The notes: generated by a model not told the origin, from the sequence alone. Shown: positions 18,722-31,486, counted from the first letter of the stretch. The stretch is DNA of 64,000 nt from Vulcanimicrobiota bacterium (GCA_050250895.1 JBFWNU010000004.1:526934-590933); one strand, 5' to 3'. Program-made: numbers and translations.

Positions 18722-20156
18722 GCGTGAACCACATCGTGGTGCCCTCGCCCGGGGCTGATTCTACCCAGATTCGACCACCGTGACGGTCGACCACATTCTT
18801 ACAGACGGCCAGTCCCAGACCCGTCCCCGGGTAGGCATCGGCCGCGTGGAGCCTTTGAAAGAGCAGGAAGATGCGGTCAAATTGAGTTGGATCGATGCCG
18901 ATACCGTTATCCTTGACAAAGAAAGCGTCATCGGGGCGTCCCAGGCTGACCCGACACGGTCTGTCCTTGTGCCGAAACTTCACGGCATTGGCAATCAGGT
19001 TCGCATACAACTGCCGCAACAAGGTGGGATCGGCCTCGGTCTGGCCCAGTTCTCCGAGTTCGACCTCCGCCGCCGACTCTTCCAACAAGACTCGCAAGTC
19101 CTTGAGAGCATCCCCCACCACGGTGGCTACCTGCACCGGTTCTACCTCGGCTCGATGCCGGCCCAGCTGCGAATAGCGCAACAGACCCTCGATCATCGCC
19201 TGCATGCGAGCAGCCGACCCTTTGACCAGCTCGAAAAGGTGCTTTTCGCGTTCGCCTTCGAGATCAAGCCTGCGCTCGAGGATACTCAAACAGCCGTGAA
19301 TCCCGCGCAACGGCTCTTTGAGGTCGTGAGAGGCGGCGTGGCCGAACATCTTCAACTCCTGGTTGGAAAGACGCAACTCTTCCTCGATCGTCTTCTGAGC
19401 TGTGACGTCATTGAACACGGCCACACCTGCGCCGTCCGTCAAGCGACTCGAACAGGTCAGGTGGCGACCGCCCACCACCACCGCCAACTCCGTCGTCTCG
19501 ACCGAGAAGAGGTCCTGGCCCACCACCTCGCCGGCTTGATTGCGCAGCTCGACCTCTTGCCAATTCGCCCCCTCGCTCAATCCCAGCAACTTGCGAGCTT
19601 GAGGATTGGCCAGATGAATCGGCCCGCTGGCATCGGCCACCACCACCGCCGCCGGCAAACCGATCAGAGTCTCGTCGAGTAACAACCGATGGCGCTCGGC
19701 CTCTTGCCGAGTCACACCCAGCTCGCGAGTCCGGCTCTTGACCTGCTCTTCCAGCACGCGCTCCGCCGCCAGGCGCCGGTCGATCTCGGCTTGCAACTCT
19801 TCGGGCGAGGGGATGGCCAGGATGGCCCGGTAATTTCGATGCAGTACCACGGCCGTAACGGCCGACACGATACCGGTAGCTGCCTTCACCCAGCCCTCGA
19901 GCCAATAATCCGGACTCCACATCGTCCAGATGGCCATCAGGTGCGTGGTGCCGCAGGCCATGATGAAAGCTGCGAAGAGATGGAAGAGATTCTGGAAGGG
20001 CACGTCTTTGCGCTGCTGGACGAGCCGGAACAACAACCACGGGATCGAGAAGTAAGCCAGAGCCGTCAATCCGTCCGAGGCGACGTGAAGAGCCAGTAAG
20101 CCTGGCTCCCAAAACAGGCAATGCCCGTGGGGCATGAAACCACCCGCGAGATACAT
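18678..20156 (-). CDS. Histidine kinase with ethylene-receptor-like membrane domain and PAS domain
   Basis: SDGLTALAYFSIP and FIMACGTTH (ETR1-type); SHDLKEPLR; GTGLGL. Confidence 0.88.
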   Translation of the reverse strand: MYLAGGFMPHGHCLFWEPGLLALHVASDGLTALAYFSIPWLLFRLVQQRKDVPFQNLFHLFAAFIMACGTTHLMAIWTMWSPDYWLEGWVKAATGIVSAVTAVVLHRNYRAILAIPSPEELQAEIDRRLAAERVLEEQVKSRTRELGVTRQEAERHRLLLDETLIGLPAAVVVADASGPIHLANPQARKLLGLSEGANWQEVELRNQAGEVVGQDLFSVETTELAVVVGGRHLTCSSRLTDGAGVAVFNDVTAQKTIEEELRLSNQELKMFGHAASHDLKEPLRGIHGCLSILERRLDLEGEREKHLFELVKGSAARMQAMIEGLLRYSQLGRHRAEVEPVQVATVVGDALKDLRVLLEESAAEVELGELGQTEADPTLLRQLYANLIANAVKFRHKDRPCRVSLGRPDDAFFVKDNGIGIDPTQFDRIFLLFQRLHAADAYPGTGLGLAVCKNVVDRHGGRIWVESAPGEGTTMWFTLKPGPAAQSETEPG

Positions 20157-20357
20157 GACGTAGTTAGACCTTTCCCCGAACTGTCACATCTCTTCGCGGA
20201 CTTTAGCACACATCCCCTTGATTGGCGGGGTTTGGTCACGAGGCTCAGCGGGAATAAGGTAAGCAGTCCAATCAGCTTTTGCGACCTCGCACACACACAG
20301 ACGAGGAAGGTCGTCCCTCAACCAGCAATCGCGTTTTTCGCGAACCGAGGAGAGACC

Positions 20358-20630
20358 ATGAAACTCAAAGCCAATCTGCTAGGCAACCGCATCACGATGG
20401 CCCGCCGCTCTTGCCTGATGAGCGAACTCGAACTAGCCTCCGAAGCCGGCATCGCAGCCAACTTGCTACGCGCCTTCGAGGCAGGTCAACGCTGGCCACG
20501 CCTGGACACCCTGGCCCTCATCGCCGAAGCCACAGGGTTTCCGGTCATCTGGTTCATCGAAGATTGGCTCGAAAACCCCAGCCTTTTCCTGCTCCCCGGC
20601 TCGACCAACGACCTATTCCAGGCCGTGTAG
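20358..20630 (+). CDS. XRE-family HTH protein
   Basis: GAGGAG RBS; LGNRITMARR..ELA..AGI..FEAG..P..TL..IA pattern. Confidence 0.8.
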   Translation: MKLKANLLGNRITMARRSCLMSELELASEAGIAANLLRAFEAGQRWPRLDTLALIAEATGFPVIWFIEDWLENPSLFLLPGSTNDLFQAV

Positions 20631-20635
20631 AGGAG

Positions 20636-21412
20636 GGGGAGCGCTCGCTTTGCTCGCGAGCGGGGAGCCCCGACGGCTCCGCCGTCGAGAAGGGAGCGCT
20701 CGCTTTGCTCGCGAGAAAGGAGCCCCGACGGCTCCGCCGTCGAGAAGGGAGCGCTCGCTTTGCTCGCGAGAAAGGAGCCCCGACGGCTCCGCCGTCGAGA
20801 AGGGAGCGCTCGCTTTGCTCGCGAGAAAGGAGCCCCGACGGCTCCGCCGTCGAGAAGGGAGCGCTCGCTTTGCTCGCGAGAAAGGAGCCGGGCTGCGCCC
20901 GGAGAGGGGAGCGCTGGCTCGCTTGCGCTCGCCAGCGAGAAAGAAGCGAGGTTCGCTGGGCTCACCTCGAGTTCTTGAGGCACTCGACGCTTCGTGTCGC
21001 AATTCCGGGCGGCTTCGCCGCGACGGCCCGGCCCACCGCCAGCGACGCGCCCGCGACGACCAGCCGACCTCGGCCCGGCCACAAAAAGAATTCTCGAGTT
21101 GAGCGACAGCTCAACTCGCTCCCCTCTCGGAGCCCCGACGGCTCCGCCGTCGAGAAGGGAGCGCTCGCTTTGCTCGCGAGAGGGGAGCCGGGCTGCGCCC
21201 GGAGAGGGGAGCGCTGGCTCGCTTGCGCTCGCCAGCGAGAAAGGAGCGAGGTTCGCTGGGCTCACCTCGAGTTCTTGAGGCACTCGACGCTTCGCGTCGC
21301 AATTCTGGGCGGCTTCGCCGCCACGGCCAGCCCACCGCCAGCGACCTCGGCCCGGCCACAAAAAGAATTCTCGAGTTGAGCGACAGCTCAACTCGCTCCC
21401 CTCTCGGAGCCC
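20636..21412. repeat. Composite palindromic repeat array: 4 x 55-bp tandem units plus a ~300-bp duplication
   Basis: Units start at 20666, 20721, 20776 and 20831. The block at ~20829-21128 recurs at ~21129-21412. Confidence 0.92.
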
Positions 21413-21441
21413 TGCTCCGCTCCCATCCCCGAGCGAAGCGA

Positions 21442-21600
21442 GGCTCCTTCCTCGTCGGCGAAGCCGACGCTCCTTGTCGGCCGAAGGCCGAAACGCTCCT
21501 TGTCGGCCGAAGGCCGAACCGGCTCCTTCCTCGTCGGCGAAGCCGACGCTCCTTGTCGGCCGAAGGCCGAAACGCTCCTTGTCGGCCGAAGGCCGAAAGC
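21442..21600. repeat. 2 x ~80-bp REP-like hairpin repeat
   Basis: GTCGGC-GAA-GCCGAC and TCGGCC-GAA-GGCCGA hairpins, repeated. Confidence 0.85.
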
Positions 21601-21601
21601 G

Positions 21602-22858
21602 CTAGCTCTCGGTGCCGACGGTGTCGCCGCTCTTGATCTTCTTGCGGCGCTTGAAGATCTCGGCGCCGCTGTTGGCGTGCACGGTGACGTTGCGGCCGAT
21701 GGACAGTTTCGAGGGGATCTGGCTGTCGCGGCCGACGATCGTCAGGCCCGTGTTGAGCTGCGAGGGCATCTCTTGATTGGGCGTATTGTCGTCGCCATCG
21801 CCAACGCGGGCCTCGCTACCGATGACCACGTTCTTGTCGATGATGCACGAATCGACCACCGCGCCAGCCTCGATGACGGTATCATGCAGGATGATGCTGT
21901 TGATGACGGAGGCCCCTTCGGCCACATAGACGCCGGGCGAGAGGATGCTGCGCTCGACCACGCCGTCGATGCGGCAACCATTGGAGAGCAAGTTGCCGTC
22001 GACTTTGGCGTTGGGACCAACGCGCACCGGGCCACGCTCTTGCGAGCGGGTGTGCACGACCCACTGGCTGTCGTAGAGGTCGAGGGCCGGGTCTTCGGCT
22101 AGCAGCGACATGTTGGCTTCCCAGTAGGACTGGACGGTGCCAATGTCGGCCCAATAGCCGGGAAAGGCCTGGCTGCGCACGTCGTAGCCGAGGTCGATCA
22201 TGGCCGGCAGAACGTGCTTACCGAAGTCGACCAACGAATCGTCGGCCAGAATCGAAAGCAACACTTCCTTGCGGAAGACGTAGATGCCCATGCTGGCCAG
22301 GTTATCGCGGCTGCGGCGAGGCTTCTCTTCGAAGTCGACGATGCGACCTTCGCTCGATTTCGAGATGATGCCGAACCGGTGGGCCTCATGCTGGCTGACC
22401 CGGCGCGTGGCCACGGTAAGATCGGCGCCGCTCTTTTCGTGATGCTGAATCAGGGGACGGTAGTCCATGAGATAGACGTGGTCGCCTGCCAGGATCAGGA
22501 CATGATCTTCGCTTTGGGTGTGGACAAAGTCGAAGTTGCGGCGCACGGCGTCGGCGGTGCCTCGCTGCCAGTCGCCGTGCGGACCTCCGCGGTAAGGCTG
22601 CAGGACGCGTAAGCCGCCTTTGATCAGGTCGAGATCCCAGGGTGCTCCGGTGCCGATATGGTCGTTGAGGCTGTGAGGGCGATACTGGGTTAGGACCGCC
22701 ACGTTATAGATGTCGCTGTTGACGCAGTTGCTGAGCGCAAAGTCGATGAGGCGAAACTTGCCTCCAAAGGGGATCGCCGGAGCTGCCCGCACTTTGGTCA
22801 ATACGCTCAAACCTTCACTTGGCCCACCGGCCATTACCATTGCAAATGCTCTTGACAT
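21602..22858 (-). CDS. glgD: ADP-glucose pyrophosphorylase family protein, GlgD-like degenerate subunit
   Basis: Paralog of the upstream glgC, but with AGGPSEGL and RAAPAIPF in place of AGGxGxRL and RAKPAV. Confidence 0.75.
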   Translation of the reverse strand: MSRAFAMVMAGGPSEGLSVLTKVRAAPAIPFGGKFRLIDFALSNCVNSDIYNVAVLTQYRPHSLNDHIGTGAPWDLDLIKGGLRVLQPYRGGPHGDWQRGTADAVRRNFDFVHTQSEDHVLILAGDHVYLMDYRPLIQHHEKSGADLTVATRRVSQHEAHRFGIISKSSEGRIVDFEEKPRRSRDNLASMGIYVFRKEVLLSILADDSLVDFGKHVLPAMIDLGYDVRSQAFPGYWADIGTVQSYWEANMSLLAEDPALDLYDSQWVVHTRSQERGPVRVGPNAKVDGNLLSNGCRIDGVVERSILSPGVYVAEGASVINSIILHDTVIEAGAVVDSCIIDKNVVIGSEARVGDGDDNTPNQEMPSQLNTGLTIVGRDSQIPSKLSIGRNVTVHANSGAEIFKRRKKIKSGDTVGTES

Positions 22859-24111
22859 TAGATCGTCGCCCCGTCCGGAACAATTCCGTTCTCGGGATAA
22901 TCGCTTTCATCCCGGTTGCTGTTGATCAGTACATTGCGGCCCACGCTCACCCCGGCCGGCACCAGGGCGCCCTTGCCGATGACCGTAAGTCCACTGGAAA
23001 GTTTGTCGGGCGACTCGGCGTTGGGGACGCCGTTGTCGCCCGTGCCCACGATGGCCCCGGGGCCGATGAGCACCTCTTTGTCGATGACCACCCGATTGAG
23101 GCGGGCGCCGGGTCCGACCCAGGTGTCGTTCATGACCACACTGTCTTCCACCACCGCTCCGGGGCTGACGTGCACTCCTGGACTGAGCACGCTGTTGCGA
23201 ACCAGTCCGCGCACGATGCAGCCGTTAGAGACCAGGCTGCCCACAATACGGCCGGTGGGACCGACCTTGACGGCCGGGCGCTCTTCCGACCGGGTCAGCA
23301 CGGGCCACTGGTCGTTGTAGAGATCGAGATCCACCGTACCTCTGGTGAGGTCGAGGTTGGTGCTCCAGTAGGAGTCGATCGTCCCGACGTCGACCCAGTA
23401 GCCCGCGAAGCGGTGCGCGATCACCCGGGCGCCCGAGTCGATCATGGCCGGGATGATATGCTTGCCGAAGTCGAGGTCGGCGTGCTTTTCGATACCGGCG
23501 GCCAGATGCTCGTCGAGAGCTCGGGTGTCGAAGACATAGATGCCAAGCGAAGCCAGGTTGCCCTTGCTCTTGTCCTTGGGCTTTTCGTGAAACTCGACGA
23601 TCCGGTTGTCTTCGACCTTCATAATGCCAAAGCGGAAGGCCTCTTCGATCGGCACCTCCATCACGGCCACGGTCAAATCGGCCTCGGCCGCCCGGTGGGC
23701 CTCGATCATGGCCTGGTAGTCCATCTTGTAGATGTGGTCACCCGAGAGAATCAGCACGGCATCGGCCGAGTGGTCGTGGATGAAGCCCAGATTCTGATAG
23801 ATAGCGTCGGCCGTGCCAGCAAACCAGCGCTGCTGGCCGCGGCCATGGTAAGGGGGCAGCAGGCGCACTCCGCCGCGGCTGCGGTCGAGGCCCCAGGGCT
23901 TGCCAATCCCGATATGCTCGTTGAGGCTGTGAGGCCGGTATTGGGTCAACACGCCCACCGTCGAGATGGCGCTGTTAACGCAGTTGCTGAGCGTGAAATC
24001 GATGATTCGAAACTTGCCCGCGAAGGGAACCGCGGGCTTGGCGCGTTGCTCAGAGAGCACCGTCAGGCGACTGCCTTCACCCCCGGCCAAAATCATGGCG
24101 ATGGTCTTCAT
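22858..24111 (-). CDS. glgC: Glucose-1-phosphate adenylyltransferase
   Basis: [39 protein letters not shown]. Confidence 0.95.
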   Translation of the reverse strand: MKTIAMILAGGEGSRLTVLSEQRAKPAVPFAGKFRIIDFTLSNCVNSAISTVGVLTQYRPHSLNEHIGIGKPWGLDRSRGGVRLLPPYHGRGQQRWFAGTADAIYQNLGFIHDHSADAVLILSGDHIYKMDYQAMIEAHRAAEADLTVAVMEVPIEEAFRFGIMKVEDNRIVEFHEKPKDKSKGNLASLGIYVFDTRALDEHLAAGIEKHADLDFGKHIIPAMIDSGARVIAHRFAGYWVDVGTIDSYWSTNLDLTRGTVDLDLYNDQWPVLTRSEERPAVKVGPTGRIVGSLVSNGCIVRGLVRNSVLSPGVHVSPGAVVEDSVVMNDTWVGPGARLNRVVIDKEVLIGPGAIVGTGDNGVPNAESPDKLSSGLTVIGKGALVPAGVSVGRNVLINSNRDESDYPENGIVPDGATI

Positions 24112-24148
24112 AGGGTCGCCCCTTCGAAAACCACCACCCAGGGTTCCT

Positions 24149-26533
<2,385 letters not shown>

Positions 26534-26603
26534 AGCGGTGCCTTCTGGAGCAGCTTGAAAGGTCCTCGAGAACACACTTTCTTTTTTTGAAGAATGATCA
26601 ATA

Positions 26604-26633
26604 TTGCAGAAAATCTGATTTTCAGATATTCTG
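26604..26633 (+). promoter_or_regulatory. Sigma70-type promoter and operator of the toxin-antitoxin operon
   Basis: TTGCAG-N17-TATTCT overlapped by two CAGA-N3-TCTG palindromes (26607-26617, 26623-26633). Confidence 0.7.
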
Positions 26634-26639
26634 AAATTC

Positions 26640-26900
26640 ATGGAGCATCGTGTCTCGGCCACCGAAGCGGCTCGAAACTTTTCGGAATTGCTCAACCGAG
26701 CCCACTACCGTAGTGAAACTTTCGTCATCACGAGAGGTGGCCAGGATGTTGCCCGGCTCTCGCCGACCAGGATCCGTTCCACCTGGGGCGACTTGCTTGA
26801 CCTCATCGGTCAAAGTCGGCTCGACCCTGATTTCGCCGACGACCTCGAAATCGTTCAAACGAGCCAACCACAACTACCTGAGGACCCGTGGGACTCTTAG
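26640..26900 (+). CDS. Phd/YefM-family antitoxin
   Basis: VSATEAARNFSELLNR and ITRGGQDVARL. Confidence 0.88.
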   Translation: MEHRVSATEAARNFSELLNRAHYRSETFVITRGGQDVARLSPTRIRSTWGDLLDLIGQSRLDPDFADDLEIVQTSQPQLPEDPWDS

Positions 26901-27286
26901 TCGATACCAGTGTCTTTGTGGCCTTCGAACGGGGCCAGACAGGTCCAGCTTTCGACTCCGACGAGCAAGTCGCTCTCTGTTCGGTCACGGCCTCGGAACT
27001 TCTCCACGGAGTGCATCGGGCCGACGCATCCCAGCGCCGCGAGAAGCGTAGGGCGTTCGTCGAATCAATTCTGGCGCGCTTTGAAGTGTTACCCATCGAC
27101 TTGCCAACGGCTCGTATCCACGCCCAACTCTGGGCAGACTTACGCAGTCAAGGCCAAAGTATCGGCGCCCACGATCTTCTGATTGCGGCCACGGCCGTGC
27201 ACCACGAATTGAGGATTCTCACAGCCAACGTTCGGGACTTCGCCAGAGTGCCCGGTCTGATGGTGGAATCGTTCGGAACCCGCTAG
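26888..27286 (+). CDS. vapC: VapC PIN-domain toxin
   Basis: LVDTSVFV, SEL, AHDLLIAATA, TANVRDF. Confidence 0.9.
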   Translation: MGLLVDTSVFVAFERGQTGPAFDSDEQVALCSVTASELLHGVHRADASQRREKRRAFVESILARFEVLPIDLPTARIHAQLWADLRSQGQSIGAHDLLIAATAVHHELRILTANVRDFARVPGLMVESFGTR

Positions 27287-27416
27287 GCGGGCCCCGCCCA
27301 CTCGGTCGAGGGTAGACGGTTAGAGTTCTCCCCCGCGGCGGTCGATGAACTCCCGGCGCGAGCGCTTCCAAAAGCTGGCACGTTCGGGAGTCTAGCCGAC
27401 GGCCAGCCAGGGACAC

Positions 27417-28451
27417 TCAGCGTCCTACTCTGACCGTCCCGGCTCGAATCCAGACAACGACGCGCCAGCCCTTGGCGACTTCGATCTGCTCCGGCTCGCG
27501 CGACCAGTTCGGCTCGAGTTCGATGGGAAAGCACAAAGTATAACTGTCTGCCTGGGACTGGACCTCCCACTCGAAGTCATCCGAGCCTTCGAACAACCAC
27601 TCCGCTTCGGCCAGGTCGCCGGGAATGCAGTCGGGATAGACGGCCCAACCACCCTGCCTGAGATCACACGTATCTTCGACTGCTCCGTGGCTGCGATAGA
27701 GCAGCGACTTCAGCAGCTTTGCCTGGTGCACGCCCGGATAGGTCAAAGCGAAAACACCGGGATATTTCACCCTGGCTACAAGCCGATAGCGACCGTGCCA
27801 GGCGCCATCCTGGTAGAGGACCTGACGAAACTCGCGCAGGACCACATCATGCTCTTTTGAGGCGTCGCAGACGTCGTGAAAGCCGATTTGGGACGTGAAC
27901 ACCGGTCGAACCGGAGAGGTCTGCCAGGGCGGCGGCAAGGCTCGCGGCGGAGCCAGGTCGTCGAGGGGACTGCAGAGTCCCTGACAGCGACGAACCTCGT
28001 CCCGCAGGGCTATCCGGCCAGGGTCGCGGCGCAAGGCTTGACGGAAAGCGCGTTCGGCCCGGAGGGAGTCCCCCAGGGCGAGCCAAACCTGGGCCAGGCA
28101 CTCGGCCGGCCGGGATGAGCGTGGCGCGTATCGACAAGCCTTACGGTAGTAATAGACTGCGCGCTCCCATCGGCCCAGGCGCCGGCAAACATCGCCCAGA
28201 CGTTGGTAGTCCCAGCCCCAGCCATTGGGATAGACCCTGGCCAGGCGCTCCATCAATTCGCGGGCTGCGTCAAGTTGATCGGCTTCGAGCTGAGCCGGTT
28301 CGAGCGGTTGGCAGAGCGGGTCGACCAATTGGAGGCAACGCTCCAGCACCCAAGGATGGTCTGGATATTTAGCCCGAAGCGGCTCAAGTCGGATCAGGGT
28401 CTGCTCGACGACGCGCTGGAGTGCCTGGCCGCGACGGTCTCTAGAACCCAT
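27417..28451 (-). CDS. TPR-containing hypothetical protein
   Basis: YQRLGDV..LG..A..YY and AERAFRQALRRDP TPR helices. Confidence 0.6.
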   Translation of the reverse strand: MGSRDRRGQALQRVVEQTLIRLEPLRAKYPDHPWVLERCLQLVDPLCQPLEPAQLEADQLDAARELMERLARVYPNGWGWDYQRLGDVCRRLGRWERAVYYYRKACRYAPRSSRPAECLAQVWLALGDSLRAERAFRQALRRDPGRIALRDEVRRCQGLCSPLDDLAPPRALPPPWQTSPVRPVFTSQIGFHDVCDASKEHDVVLREFRQVLYQDGAWHGRYRLVARVKYPGVFALTYPGVHQAKLLKSLLYRSHGAVEDTCDLRQGGWAVYPDCIPGDLAEAEWLFEGSDDFEWEVQSQADSYTLCFPIELEPNWSREPEQIEVAKGWRVVVWIRAGTVRVGR

Positions 28452-28541
28452 CGGAAAAAGCTGGCGGCTGGTGCCCGAATGTCCGGGGTGAAAGAAGGCC
28501 CCTTTGAGAAAGCTCTCCTCCTCCTCTCCAGCGAGTCGCTT

Positions 28542-29540
28542 TCAGTGCTTTTCGTCTGGGCTACGCAATTCCACACAAGCCACCATCAAGCGGGCCAACA
28601 GCCTTGAGTCAGAATAGCGACTCACCAACTCCTCGAGCTGCTGCCGGGCCTGTTCACGAGCACCAAGTCGCGACAGATAGTCTGCTTTCAGCAGAGCGAA
28701 ATCTGGCGCCGCTGGGTCTAGCTCTTCCAACGGCCAGAGCCCGGACGCCTCCTCCCCCACAGCGGCGAGGCCCGCCAAAGCTGGCCAACCCGGTCGACAA
28801 GAGCGCACCGGCCTCGAAACCCACCGCAAGCGGAAATTCGCGGCCGCATACTGCTGCCGGGTGGCGCGCACCACCACCTGGTTGGGCCCACCTTCGAGCC
28901 AGACCCTAGCCCGAAAAGGAAAGCCGGCCCAGCGCCAATTGGCTCTACGAGCGCACCCAAGGACCCATTGACCGTTGACCCAGACATCCGCTTTCCCCTG
29001 ACCGGGATCGCATTCCAGTTCGCACCAGGTCGCCTGTGTCACCTCGGCCTCGGTGGCCGCCAACCACCAGCTCTCTTGGTCAGCCCAGCCAAGCTGTTCC
29101 AGGTCGCAGGCGTGGGGCTCGGCTGCCGGCTGAAGGGCAAACCAATCGCGTTTGCGGACGCGAGCTAGCTCACTGCCAACTTTCACTGGACCAAGCGCCC
29201 GCCAGAGCATCCCCGACCCCTTCGAACGGGGAGGCGCGGGAACGTCGCTGGCAAACGAGGCTAGACCCGGGGGGGCACCCACTCCACTCAGATGCTCGAC
29301 CAACCAGACCTGCGCCGGTAGCTCATCGCACGCTTCGTGCAGGATCGGCAGCAACACAGCCGGTGTCTGCAGAGGGTAACGCTGCACCAGGCGACCCCAG
29401 CTAGCCTCGAGCGCAGGCCAATCCCCCAGGGCCCAGGCTATCCAGCCCAGGGCCCGCAGTCCCCAGGGGGAAGTCGTCACCGCAAAAGCCTGTCTGGCAT
29501 CGTCCCATCGATTCTCGTAGACAAGCTCCCACTCCGACAC
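28542..29540 (-). CDS. Hypothetical protein, TPR-like ends around a jelly-roll-like core
   Basis: WRALGP, VWVNG and L..GPNQVVVR beta-sandwich pattern. Confidence 0.5.
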   Translation of the reverse strand: MSEWELVYENRWDDARQAFAVTTSPWGLRALGWIAWALGDWPALEASWGRLVQRYPLQTPAVLLPILHEACDELPAQVWLVEHLSGVGAPPGLASFASDVPAPPRSKGSGMLWRALGPVKVGSELARVRKRDWFALQPAAEPHACDLEQLGWADQESWWLAATEAEVTQATWCELECDPGQGKADVWVNGQWVLGCARRANWRWAGFPFRARVWLEGGPNQVVVRATRQQYAAANFRLRWVSRPVRSCRPGWPALAGLAAVGEEASGLWPLEELDPAAPDFALLKADYLSRLGAREQARQQLEELVSRYSDSRLLARLMVACVELRSPDEKH

Positions 29541-29586
29541 ACCATAGAATTCAGCGTCCCGGCTCGAAGAGCCTGGCGAGGTGCGC

Positions 29587-30072
29587 TCAGTCCTCGGGCA
29601 TCTCTGCTGGACAGACGAAGCGAAGCCTCACATACCGAGTCAAAGCCTGGCGATGATACCACCAGTCGGAATCGGTGGCGTTCAGAATGGTCGGGTCGCA
29701 ACTACTGGCGCGCGCGGCGGCCACGAACTTGCGGTCTCCCAGGTCGAATTGCCCAAGCTCCGGGTCATCAGGAAATTCAGTGTAGGAATCGCCCTGCGGG
29801 TGGATCTCGACCTGCTCGGCCCTTTGGGGGTCCCATTGCGTAGCCAGCAGATGGCTCAGAAACTCCTTACCGACGCCAGGTTGACCGCGGCGGTCTGGCA
29901 ACCTGGCTAAGTATTCCTTGATGATGGACCCCGAACGGTCCAGAGTGATCCGGCCCCGCCTGACCATCTGAAGAGCTTCCACACAAGACCGAACGCAGAC
30001 CAACTCAACTCCATCCGAGTCGCCGTTGGCCACGACCAAAACGTTGGCATCGACCACGAACGACTCCATCAA
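29587..30072 (-). CDS. PIN-like domain protein
   Basis: VVDANV, IIKEY, DRKFVAAA and ATDSDW give the acidic tetrad. Confidence 0.65.
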   Translation of the reverse strand: MMESFVVDANVLVVANGDSDGVELVCVRSCVEALQMVRRGRITLDRSGSIIKEYLARLPDRRGQPGVGKEFLSHLLATQWDPQRAEQVEIHPQGDSYTEFPDDPELGQFDLGDRKFVAAARASSCDPTILNATDSDWWYHRQALTRYVRLRFVCPAEMPED

Positions 30073-31421
30073 AGGCCTCGACGGTCCAAAACCGCTTTTG
30101 TTTGTGCCGCGCGATCCGTGAAGGTGTCACCGAAGAAGTTCTCGGGCCAGTTCTGGATGTTGCCATACTGGTCGAGGCGCAGGGCTTCATGCGTCGACTC
30201 TCCGTCGGATCCGAGCTTGCAAAAATGAAGAGCGACGTGGCCCTCGGGAATGTCCTCGTTCTCTGCGAGGCGACGCTGCAACCGCGTCAGCAGGTGTTCA
30301 CTGTGGCTTTCGATGATTAGTTGTATACCACGGGTTCTAGTTACCTCCAAGAAGAGATCAGCCAGCCCGGACGCAACCGATGGGTGGAGATGGATCTCGG
30401 GCTGCTCGAGCAGTACAATGGAGCCTTCCGGCACGAAGTAGCAAAGAACGATGACGGGGAGTAACTGAGAGACCCCAAATCCCACGTCAGGAAGTAGCAC
30501 CTTCTCTGCCTGGGGTCGGGACTGGACCAGAACCTCGTAGAGATTGGTGCCCGCTTTCACCTCTTCGACTGCAAAATCGTGGACTAATCCCCATTCTTTG
30601 AGCCACCGCGCCACCCTCTGCTCCAGCGACTCGGCTTTCTTTCCTCGACCCGGGCCACGGCTGAAAGTCAATCCACGTTTTCGGGCAGAGAGAATGGCCT
30701 CAACCGTCTTTTCACCTCGATAGCCGACATCTTCAACTCCGCTCCCGGTCCACTCGTAGAGTCGCTGAGGATAGCCCCGAAGGGGTCCCAGGTAGTAAAG
30801 CCTTTCGAACAACTTTTCAAACTCGAGTTCCAGGTCGGCCAAGAAACCGACATTCTGATAGTAAGCGCGCACCTGATCCGGAAAGCCGTAAAACTTGTCA
30901 GGCGGAGGTAGGGGCGGGCGCTTTCCGACGGAACGTTTGAGATCGAAATCCGCTGAGAACTGGTAGCCCTCGGAACTCCGTCGATAGGAGAAGTTCTGGC
31001 CGGCTAGCTGATACTGCATCTCCTCCACCGCAATGGTCCCATTGCCGTCGCCCGGGTCGAGCTCAACGCAGAAATTCATAACCTTGGTTTCCATCAACAC
31101 CTGGTCTGGAGCCACGGGATTTGGGATGGTCAAGGTGTCGGGAAGTCCCCATCCGAGACCGAGGCGTAGGGCGCCGGGCGCGGCTCCGCGGCGAACAAAG
31201 GCCTGCACGGAACCGAACTGGACCGGATCGCTCTTGCCACCGACGTTGAACACCGCCCTACGGTCAGCAGAGGCAGTCGTTTGCTTCATCAGAAGCAAGC
31301 TCTGAATGATGCTAGACTTTCCTGAACTGTTGGTTCCAAAGAGGCCTGTGAGGGGGGCCAGCGTCAGGGCGTCCAGCGAGCGCCAGCCTTTGAAGTTCTC
31401 CAGACTGAGATGGTGGATCAC
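30069..31421 (-). CDS. ABC/AAA_21-type ATPase with DUF3696-like C-terminus
   Basis: LENFKG, GTNSSGKSS, GFGVSQLLP, LLEQPEIHLHP, IESHSEH, WPENFFGD. Confidence 0.85.
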   Translation of the reverse strand: MIHHLSLENFKGWRSLDALTLAPLTGLFGTNSSGKSSIIQSLLLMKQTTASADRRAVFNVGGKSDPVQFGSVQAFVRRGAAPGALRLGLGWGLPDTLTIPNPVAPDQVLMETKVMNFCVELDPGDGNGTIAVEEMQYQLAGQNFSYRRSSEGYQFSADFDLKRSVGKRPPLPPPDKFYGFPDQVRAYYQNVGFLADLELEFEKLFERLYYLGPLRGYPQRLYEWTGSGVEDVGYRGEKTVEAILSARKRGLTFSRGPGRGKKAESLEQRVARWLKEWGLVHDFAVEEVKAGTNLYEVLVQSRPQAEKVLLPDVGFGVSQLLPVIVLCYFVPEGSIVLLEQPEIHLHPSVASGLADLFLEVTRTRGIQLIIESHSEHLLTRLQRRLAENEDIPEGHVALHFCKLGSDGESTHEALRLDQYGNIQNWPENFFGDTFTDRAAQTKAVLDRRGL

Positions 31422-31486
31422 GCCCTATTCTTCCCTGTCTCGCTTGCTCGGCCTGCCACTACCATCTACCGTCTGGCCTCTACCGT

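Noticed and set aside
20160-20350. Riboswitch between the ethylene-type kinase and XRE genes
   Set aside because: Only weak hairpins and no recognisable aptamer consensus.
20636-21600. CRISPR array or coding ORFs in the repeat region
   Set aside because: Units are contiguous with no unique spacers and no cas genes nearby. The ORFs on both strands are translations of the repeats.
26534-26695. N-terminal extension of PcrA in the ORF track
   Set aside because: It overlaps the toxin-antitoxin promoter and antitoxin gene; helicase homology starts at ATG 26533.
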